The notes under the pieces were generated by a model that saw only the letters and a program-made list of their open reading frames with translations, had not been told where the DNA came from and did not search any database. The position numbers and the translations under genes were made by a program. Of a stretch of DNA of 64,000 bases, positions 57,711 through 64,000 are shown one piece after another (the stretch's first letter is position 1; each line of letters opens with the position of its first letter). Source of the stretch: an uncultured Spirochaetaceae bacterium (lineage in GTDB: Bacteria; Spirochaetota; Spirochaetia; SZUA-6; RPPD01). The stretch lies in the NCBI GenBank assembly GCA_964514135.1, contig CAZEPL010000008.1, positions 5,701 to 69,700 of the forward strand, given 5' to 3'.

Positions 57711-59507
57711 GTGAGCAAAAAATCAACGCTTCGTGAATTATCGAGCAATCTCACAGAAAAAGAACGAAAAGAGTTGCTTGAGAAAATATATAACAGTCAA
57801 AAGAATGAAGAGCAGGAATATATTGTTCCCATAGAGCTTGAAGAAGATGAACGGCGCAGAATAATTCACTCTGAAATCAGGCAGTTAAAATGGTGGAAAA
57901 AATTTATTCTCTGGCTGCAGACCTTGTTGAGTGGAAAGGATAAAGAAAAGCTTTTCCTTTCTATGAAGATTACTGAGCTTAAAAAAACTATTAGATGCAT
58001 TAATCCGGGATTAACAGGATTTGAAACGCGTGATTTAACGATTAAATTTGCCCAACATATCTATGATATATACTGTACTGCATTTCCACTCATTCATTTT
58101 TATTACAATTTTACCGGGAAACCAGATTTTAAAGATAAATTAATAATTCGCTTAATTGATGAGAGTAATCCTCACGCTAAAAAGAATATAAAAGATTTTT
58201 TTAATATCGATGAAATGGAGGAGATATATGCAGCTTCCGGAAGAGAGAAATTGGAAAAAATACTCTATAAACGGGTCGATGATTATTTAAAAGCAATTCC
58301 GGTTAAGATATTTAATAAAGTGGAAGCAGAAATAAAACCTATTTTCTCATTAAAAAACATTGTTCTTTTTCACTATCGCGAAATATTTAATTTTTTTAGT
58401 TACCTGCTGCCGTCTGAAATGCTCGATAAAAAATATCCGTTTTTTAAGAGCGCACCGGCACTCATAATTATTGATCATCTGGAAAGACTGTACTACGCTC
58501 TATTTTTTGCCTTATCCAATCTGGAGAGTGGTTTTGTGATAAGTGATGAATTGTTATGGTGCGCAGTGCTGCTACAGAATAATTTAGGCATTGATGTACA
58601 TATTGAAGAAGATAACAATCTCTATTCAAGACTTGAACAGGAGAAGTCGTTATTACAAAATCACTTTTTAGCACTGATTTCGGAAGTAACCAAGTTTAAT
58701 GCAGTTGTACCGCTTTTAGATCTTATTAAGTATTTTAGGAAGGATCCGTACTACCGTCTTAAATTTTATCTGCCGACTCTTCCTATAAAAACCATTTATT
58801 TTAAAGCATGCAAGTTAAAATTAGAAAAACAGCTAAACGATAAAATAATGCTTATTAAAGAGAGAGTTATTAATAGAAAAATAATGGAATTATTTAGTGA
58901 TAAGGATATAATCCCTTTGCGTTATTATACAGAAGAAAGAGAAGAAATATTCACTAAACTGGGATTAGCGTATTTTTCTAAAATCAAATCACTTACCCTG
59001 CTTTATAATTATATTAAAAAAGTATACCGAGTTGTTATACAGGATATCCTTCAGGTAATAAATGATTACTTTTTTGCTCATAATAAACGTAATCAACATA
59101 AACTACTTAATTTTGCTTCCACACTGGAAGAGCTTGAAGATAAAATATTACATTTCGATAAAGCACTATCACCTGAAGAAGAGGATGGCAAAGCGCTTAT
59201 GAGACTGAGATACAATATAGCGACAGACCTTACTCATCAAAAATTATATAGGAACATTGTATCTGAAAAAGATAAAGATGCGAGTGATCTGGTAGAAAAA
59301 GGCGTAGAATGTCTTACAGGAATAAATGAAATATTTGATGAGATACTTCATAATCCCATAGAGAGTGTAAAATTCACACTGAAAACATTGCAGACCTATA
59401 AAACAAAGAATTATACAATGGAACAGCTTTTACAAACTGTTATTAATAGTGTTACTGACTTCTTGGCTGTTTTTCATCAAGTAGTAGAAATGGAGAAGGG
59501 AAAGTGA
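57711..59507 (+). CDS. Hypothetical protein (598 aa, predominantly alpha-helical, no recognisable motif)
   Basis: Long ORF with a GTG start, divergent from flaB. Codon usage matches its neighbours. No motifs recognised. Confidence 0.5.
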   Translation: MSKKSTLRELSSNLTEKERKELLEKIYNSQKNEEQEYIVPIELEEDERRRIIHSEIRQLKWWKKFILWLQTLLSGKDKEKLFLSMKITELKKTIRCINPGLTGFETRDLTIKFAQHIYDIYCTAFPLIHFYYNFTGKPDFKDKLIIRLIDESNPHAKKNIKDFFNIDEMEEIYAASGREKLEKILYKRVDDYLKAIPVKIFNKVEAEIKPIFSLKNIVLFHYREIFNFFSYLLPSEMLDKKYPFFKSAPALIIIDHLERLYYALFFALSNLESGFVISDELLWCAVLLQNNLGIDVHIEEDNNLYSRLEQEKSLLQNHFLALISEVTKFNAVVPLLDLIKYFRKDPYYRLKFYLPTLPIKTIYFKACKLKLEKQLNDKIMLIKERVINRKIMELFSDKDIIPLRYYTEEREEIFTKLGLAYFSKIKSLTLLYNYIKKVYRVVIQDILQVINDYFFAHNKRNQHKLLNFASTLEELEDKILHFDKALSPEEEDGKALMRLRYNIATDLTHQKLYRNIVSEKDKDASDLVEKGVECLTGINEIFDEILHNPIESVKFTLKTLQTYKTKNYTMEQLLQTVINSVTDFLAVFHQVVEMEKGK

Positions 59508-59986
59508 GTTATTCTTTGTCTTATTTTTTTTGCCGTGACTTCCGGATTCTCAACTAAGACACGCTTGCCAGCTATAAGATCAGCTATCCCAATTTCATGC
59601 GGGTAACGCGGTATAATATGCAGATGGAGATGCTTTATCGACGCACCGGCTTCTAATCCCATATTGTAACCGATGTTATAACCACATGGGTTATGAGTAT
59701 AATCTAAAATATCCAAAAAATAATGAGTGAGCTTACCAAGGTGCTCATTTTCTTTGTTTTTATACTGTCTTATATCCTCAATATGCTTTTTAGGAAAAAT
59801 CAGTATATGACCGGGATTATACGGGTAAAGATTGAGGCTTACAATGAAAAGATCGTCGTGAAAAACAGTGAGGTCGGTTTCGGAATTATTCTGCTTTGCT
59901 AGGCTGCACAGAATACAACCTGAAGTTTTTTTATGCTTGATATAAGCTAATTTTCTAAAATTATAAAAATATCCCTCACTCAACAT
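59477..59986 (-). CDS. HIT-family (histidine triad) nucleotide hydrolase/transferase
   Basis: HLHLHIIPR histidine-triad motif. N-terminal CILC zinc-binding-like motif. Confidence 0.85.
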   Translation of the reverse strand: MLSEGYFYNFRKLAYIKHKKTSGCILCSLAKQNNSETDLTVFHDDLFIVSLNLYPYNPGHILIFPKKHIEDIRQYKNKENEHLGKLTHYFLDILDYTHNPCGYNIGYNMGLEAGASIKHLHLHIIPRYPHEIGIADLIAGKRVLVENPEVTAKKIRQRITHFPFSISTT

Positions 59987-60910
59987 TTATTCCGCTTTTT
60001 CAAAGAGTTCAGTCTGGGGAACTTTAAGGAGATCTTGGCCCCCGAGCTTCTCAATATAGAGAAATTTCAAGAGAATCGGATATTTATTGAGTAATTCCCC
60101 ATATTCTTTCAGCTGATTCAGTCTGTATTGTGCCCTTTGATAATCGAAATCTTTTTGATCGATCGAGGCTTTTTGCCTTTCAATAAGTTCAATTTCATAG
60201 TCTTTGCGCGCTGTTAATATTTCCAAATATTGAGATTTTGTCAGTAGATATAGTTCGGGATCCGGCAGATTAAGAGGTGATAACGGGGTTGCCTGGATTA
60301 TTTTCAATTCCGGATGATTTTCTTGCAGCTGCATAATCATTTGCTTTTCCAAATCCTTAAGGTTAATGAGAAGCCTTAAATCTTCTTCTGTTTTGAGTGC
60401 TAAAAGAAGGGTGTAGATCTCACTGGTAAGCTGACCTTCTTTTAATATATACCACTGAGGGAGTGTCTCAGGTGTAATCTTCTCATCTTTAACTAAAGAA
60501 ACTAAATATCTTTCATTGAAGCAAAAGGCAAGCGCTATATCGATACTAAATGAAAAATCAGCTTTTTCTTCAAGTTGAGCGTAAACTTCTGCCGAAGGAA
60601 ACTTCCCGGATGTTTGAATTTTACTTGAATGAACTTCCGTTTTAAAGATATAAAGAGTCATATTTGTGGGAATAATATTTTCCCATCGCCATATAAAATC
60701 ACTATCGGGTTGGATCAACTCTTGGTCATAGCCTCCGGTTTTTGTAACCATAACTCCAAATGCGTCTGCAGGAACGAAGAGATTCATCCAGCCAAAAATA
60801 AAACACACACCACCCAATATGATTAAGATAAATAAGATGATTATTAGTTTTTTCATAATATCCTCTTTGTCTGTATATAATAAAGAATATTCATTAAAAT
60901 TCAATATCAA
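59987..60910 (-). CDS. Hypothetical protein with N-terminal signal/TM segment
   Basis: MKKLIIILFILIILGGVCFIFGW leader; the probable start is the internal Met at about 60856. Rest unrecognised. Confidence 0.45.
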   Translation of the reverse strand: MILNFNEYSLLYTDKEDIMKKLIIILFILIILGGVCFIFGWMNLFVPADAFGVMVTKTGGYDQELIQPDSDFIWRWENIIPTNMTLYIFKTEVHSSKIQTSGKFPSAEVYAQLEEKADFSFSIDIALAFCFNERYLVSLVKDEKITPETLPQWYILKEGQLTSEIYTLLLALKTEEDLRLLINLKDLEKQMIMQLQENHPELKIIQATPLSPLNLPDPELYLLTKSQYLEILTARKDYEIELIERQKASIDQKDFDYQRAQYRLNQLKEYGELLNKYPILLKFLYIEKLGGQDLLKVPQTELFEKAE

Positions 60911-60945
60911 TTCTTAAATAAATATGATATTCAGGGCTAATGGTA

Positions 60946-61275
60946 CTATATCAATGCTCTTAAAACCTTAATACTAAATAGAAGTATTAAGGAAAATGTC
61001 ACAGAACAAGTACAAAGTATAAATCTCCTTATATTTACCTGCCTATTTTTAATGGCTAATATAATAGTAAGAAATAGATAATAGATTCCGAGGAGGCAGT
61101 GTAATATGAGAAAAATGTTGAGAATATCAAGAAGAAAAAGCTGAGTACTGTCTAAAAATTTTTGGTAATTACCTACTAAATAAAATGAAAAAAGGAATAA
61201 GATAAAAACAAAAGTGAATAACGCTCCTCGATTAGTTAACGTATAGATGAGGTTTATTTTTATTTGCCTTTTCAT
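60946..61275 (-). CDS. Hypothetical small membrane protein (3 TM helices)
   Basis: 109 aa, very hydrophobic and AT-rich. Low confidence that it is a real gene. Confidence 0.3.
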   Translation of the reverse strand: MKRQIKINLIYTLTNRGALFTFVFILFLFSFYLVGNYQKFLDSTQLFLLDILNIFLILHCLLGIYYLFLTIILAIKNRQVNIRRFILCTCSVTFSLILLFSIKVLRALI

Positions 61276-61350
61276 CTTATCCTATACTATACTATATTAA
61301 TAAATAAGTCATTATTAATATGAGATTATATACTACCCGGGATAGTTATA

Positions 61351-62256
61351 GTGCAAATCGAGAAAGACATAGACTACACTGCTATATTTAATGAGTATTG
61401 TCGGCCGCTTAAACCGCTTGCTACAAAACTAAAGGAATCCTTAGGAATTTTAGAGAACATTCGTGCTTTGATATTTGATATCTATGGTACGCTTTTTATT
61501 TCCGACTCCGGTGATATCGGAACGGCTCGGAATAGCGGAAATAAAAACATCTTTACAAGTGCTTTAGAGAAAGCTGGAGTGAATATTACGTCGGAAAATC
61601 GAAAAAAAGCCGGTATACACCTGCTTCATGATGCTATAAAGCACGAGCATGTAAGGCTTAAAAACAAAGGAATAGATTATCCCGAAATCGATATTATTGA
61701 GATATGGAAATCAGTATTAAATGAGATTGATGACAATCATACCCATGCCGGAGAGTATGACGACTCATTTATTAAAAAACTAGCTTTGAGCTTTGAACTT
61801 CAGGTTAATCCTGTTTGGCCAATGCCCGGTATCTTAGATGTGCTGTCATGGTTTACGAACAAAAAATATTTTTTAGGCGTAGTTTCCAATGCACAATTTT
61901 ATACCCCTCTTATATTCAAAGGTCTATTGCGCTGTTCTCTGTCCGCTTTAGGTTTTAATGAAGATCTGCTGATTTTTTCTTATAAACATTCAATGGCCAA
62001 GCCCTCGCTCCGGTTTTTCGAGCTGCTCTTGGAAAGGCTACAGAATACCTACTCCGTATTACCTGAGCAGATTATTTATATCGGAAATGATATGCTCAAT
62101 GATATATATCCCGCTCTACAGCTTGGAATGCGCACGGCATTATTTGCCGGAGATGCGCGATCGCTGCGCTTGCGGAAAGACAATCCATTATGTAAAGATA
62201 TTAAACCGGATATTGTGATTACAAATTTGAAACAATTAATTGAAGTGATAAGATAG
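61351..62256 (+). CDS. HAD-superfamily hydrolase (motif I DxYGTL variant)
   Basis: LIFDIYGTLF (motif I with Tyr replacing the second Asp, as in L-2-haloacid-dehalogenase-type HADs). GNDMLNDI motif IV. Confidence 0.6.
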   Translation: MQIEKDIDYTAIFNEYCRPLKPLATKLKESLGILENIRALIFDIYGTLFISDSGDIGTARNSGNKNIFTSALEKAGVNITSENRKKAGIHLLHDAIKHEHVRLKNKGIDYPEIDIIEIWKSVLNEIDDNHTHAGEYDDSFIKKLALSFELQVNPVWPMPGILDVLSWFTNKKYFLGVVSNAQFYTPLIFKGLLRCSLSALGFNEDLLIFSYKHSMAKPSLRFFELLLERLQNTYSVLPEQIIYIGNDMLNDIYPALQLGMRTALFAGDARSLRLRKDNPLCKDIKPDIVITNLKQLIEVIR

Positions 62257-62276
62257 CGTCGAAGATAGGTGTTGTT

Positions 62277-63308
62277 GTGGATAAGATAAAAGAAGTAAAG
62301 AAAACAGATTTAGTCCGCTTAGAAAGAACAGAAGTTAAAATATGGAAGAACAGTTTTGCACAGAGCCCTATTCCTGTCCTCATTCTTAATAAACATTTAC
62401 GAATTATTTGGGTTAATAATAAGTTTTCACATCTTTTTGGCGATAACACAAACGTCTTAGGCTTACCTATTGAAAAATTTTATTTTTCTTCTCTTGATGA
62501 AAGCAAAATAAAAGAACTCCGCAAGAATATCTATTCAGCCCATTATGGGTTTAGCTGGACAGGTAAGGTTGAGAAAAAAGGAGTAAAGCAGTTTTCGGTA
62601 ATTACTAATCTCCTCATTTTACCGATTATTAATTCACTCAGTCAGGGTGCAAAACCAACTGCTTATGCTTGTATTTTAGATAATATAAGTGATGAATATA
62701 AGCAGATGCTTAAAAGCACTTTCTTAAGTTTACTTGAGGCCTCTCGTTTAAAGGATAATGATACGGGAAATCATATTGAACGTGTTAATCGCTATGCCAG
62801 ATGTATGACTGAAAAACTGCATGGTGATGAGCGGTACCCTTTGGTTGATAGAGAGTTTATAGAAGATATTGGTTTTTTAGCAGCGTTGCATGATGTGGGA
62901 AAAATAGGAACTCCGGATGACATATTAAACAAAAAAAATCAACTGCATGATTGGGAATGGAATATTATGAAAGAGCATACAATTAATGGTGCGTATATTT
63001 TAAGTACATATCCGAATCCCATGGAAAAAGAGATTGCACTATATCATCATGAAAAATGGGATGGCTCCGGATATCCTTATGGTTTAAGAGAAGAGATGAT
63101 TCCGCTTTCTGCCAGAATCGTAGCTATCGGAGATGTATATGATGCCTTGAGGATGCAGAGGAGTTGTAAAGATCCGATGGGGCACAAACAGGCTTTGGAA
63201 CTTATTCAAAAAGGCATAGGTACGCATTTTGAACCAAAACTTATAGATTATTTCCTCTATTTAGAAAAAGATTTCCAACATATATTTACAAAACTCCGCG
63301 ATGAATAA
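62277..63308 (+). CDS. HD-GYP domain protein with N-terminal PAS-like sensor region
   Basis: HD motif (LAALHDVGKIGTPDDIL) and GYP motif (HHEKWDGSGYPYGL). About 150 aa of N-terminal sensor-like domain. Confidence 0.85.
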   Translation: MDKIKEVKKTDLVRLERTEVKIWKNSFAQSPIPVLILNKHLRIIWVNNKFSHLFGDNTNVLGLPIEKFYFSSLDESKIKELRKNIYSAHYGFSWTGKVEKKGVKQFSVITNLLILPIINSLSQGAKPTAYACILDNISDEYKQMLKSTFLSLLEASRLKDNDTGNHIERVNRYARCMTEKLHGDERYPLVDREFIEDIGFLAALHDVGKIGTPDDILNKKNQLHDWEWNIMKEHTINGAYILSTYPNPMEKEIALYHHEKWDGSGYPYGLREEMIPLSARIVAIGDVYDALRMQRSCKDPMGHKQALELIQKGIGTHFEPKLIDYFLYLEKDFQHIFTKLRDE

Positions 63309-63328
63309 TTCGCTAAAAGGTAATAGTG

Positions 63329-64000
63329 ATGTCCCTGATACAAATGCAACAGGTATGTTTTGGCTTTGGCGCACAGCAGTTATTAACTGACATAACTTTA
63401 CACATTGAACTCGAAATGTGCACAGCGCTTGTTGGTGCAAACGGGAGCGGGAAAACAACATTACTAAAAATTATCTGCGGCAAAATAAGGCCTGATTCCG
63501 GCGTAGTACAAATCCGAAAAAATATTAAGGTTGCATACCTTCCTCAGTCAGGTGTGAAGTTGAGTAATTTAAATCTGTATGAAGAGGTGGAAAAAGTTTT
63601 TGCGCATGAAAAAGACCTCACAGAGAATTTGAAATGTATCGAGGAGAAATTAGCGAACAACTCTATTAAAGATGTGGAACAGAGGGGATTAATTAATGAA
63701 TATGCAGCTTTACAGACTCGCATTGAATCTAGTGAATACTATTTAAAGGATAAATTCATCCATCGTGTGCTGTTGGGATTAGGATTTAAAAAGAAACAGT
63801 TTACATTATGCTGCAGGCATTTTTCAGACGGGTTTAAAATGCGAATTGCTTTGGCTAAAGTGTTATTGCAAAATGCACAAGTGCTCTTATTAGACGAACC
63901 CACAAATTATTTGGATCTGGATGCGTGTGAATGGTTAAAAAATTATTTATTAACATATAAAGGCGCAGTTATTCTGGTATCGCATGATAAATATTTCTTA
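63329..64000 (+). CDS. ABC-F family ATPase (EttA/Uup-like), 5' portion; the gene continues past the window end
   Basis: Walker A (GANGSGKTTLLKIICG). ABC-F-type signature (FSDGFKMRIALAKVLL). Walker B (LLLDEPTNYLD). No stop before nt 64000. Confidence 0.7.
   Translation, partial: MSLIQMQQVCFGFGAQQLLTDITLHIELEMCTALVGANGSGKTTLLKIICGKIRPDSGVVQIRKNIKVAYLPQSGVKLSNLNLYEEVEKVFAHEKDLTENLKCIEEKLANNSIKDVEQRGLINEYAALQTRIESSEYYLKDKFIHRVLLGLGFKKKQFTLCCRHFSDGFKMRIALAKVLLQNAQVLLLDEPTNYLDLDACEWLKNYLLTYKGAVILVSHDKYFL

Noticed and set aside
1-64000. Search for tRNA, rRNA or other structured RNA genes
   Set aside because: No segment with a tRNA-like T-arm (GTTCGAATC-type) or rRNA-like conserved blocks was seen. 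The intergenic regions are short and AT-rich. The only strong structures are the terminator and hairpins listed above.

Overview
This window is a gene-dense, almost entirely +-strand chromosomal segment (about 40% GC) from a spirochete, most consistent with Treponema. Part 1 features follow. (1) The 3' end of a 2-oxoacid:ferredoxin oxidoreductase gamma-subunit gene. (2) A compact division/cell-wall (dcw) cluster mraZ-rsmH-ftsL-murF-mraY-ftsW-ftsQ-ftsA-ftsZ, with a Xer recombinase gene translationally coupled to ftsZ. (3) A TPR lipoprotein, then dprA-topA-xer-hslV-hslU. (4) A contiguous flagellar super-operon of about 27 kb: flgB-flgC-fliE-fliF-fliG-fliH-fliI-fliJ-flbB-fliK-flgD-flgE-flbD-motA-motB-fliL-fliM-fliY-fliZ/O-fliP-fliQ-fliR-flhB-flhA-flhF-flhG, then an acidic membrane protein, fliA, a FapA/DUF342 protein and two small proteins. 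(5) ffh-rpsP-KH-rimM-trmD-rplS, a YlqG/YlqH-like flagellar type III secretion accessory pair, an HD-GYP protein and yraN. (6) Two secreted proteins on the minus strand, then coaD-rpmF-acpP-rnc. (7) cca and a flaB flagellin gene on the minus strand. (8) A small poorly characterised block (large hypothetical protein, HIT protein, secreted protein, small membrane protein), a HAD-like hydrolase, a second HD-GYP protein and the start of an ABC-F ATPase gene. No rRNA, tRNA, CRISPR array or mobile element was recognised. Part 2: the overall gene order closely mirrors the Bacillus subtilis smf-topA-codV-clpQY-fla/che and ffh-rpsP-ylqC-rimM-trmD-rplS-ylqG-ylqH regions. The most interesting candidates follow. 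(a) The fliA-centred cassette: an acidic two-TM protein coupled to FliA, coupled to FapA/DUF342, followed by a K/E-rich small protein and a SwrB-like single-pass protein. (b) The YlqG/YlqH-like pair, with an HD-GYP gene immediately after it. (c) A flaB leader with two textbook CsrA sites and a sigma-28-like promoter, with a sibling motif upstream of flgB. (d) A perfect 16-bp-arm palindrome between motB and fliL. (e) A lysine-rich tail on ribosomal protein L19. (f) FlgE carrying the Lys165/Cys178 lysinoalanine cross-link residues. (g) fliZ/fliO and fliR N-termini that lie upstream of any canonical start codon. (h) A possible 43-aa FlgM-like micro-ORF after tandem hairpins. All calls rest on motifs I could read in the translations and the DNA. 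No database searches were run.
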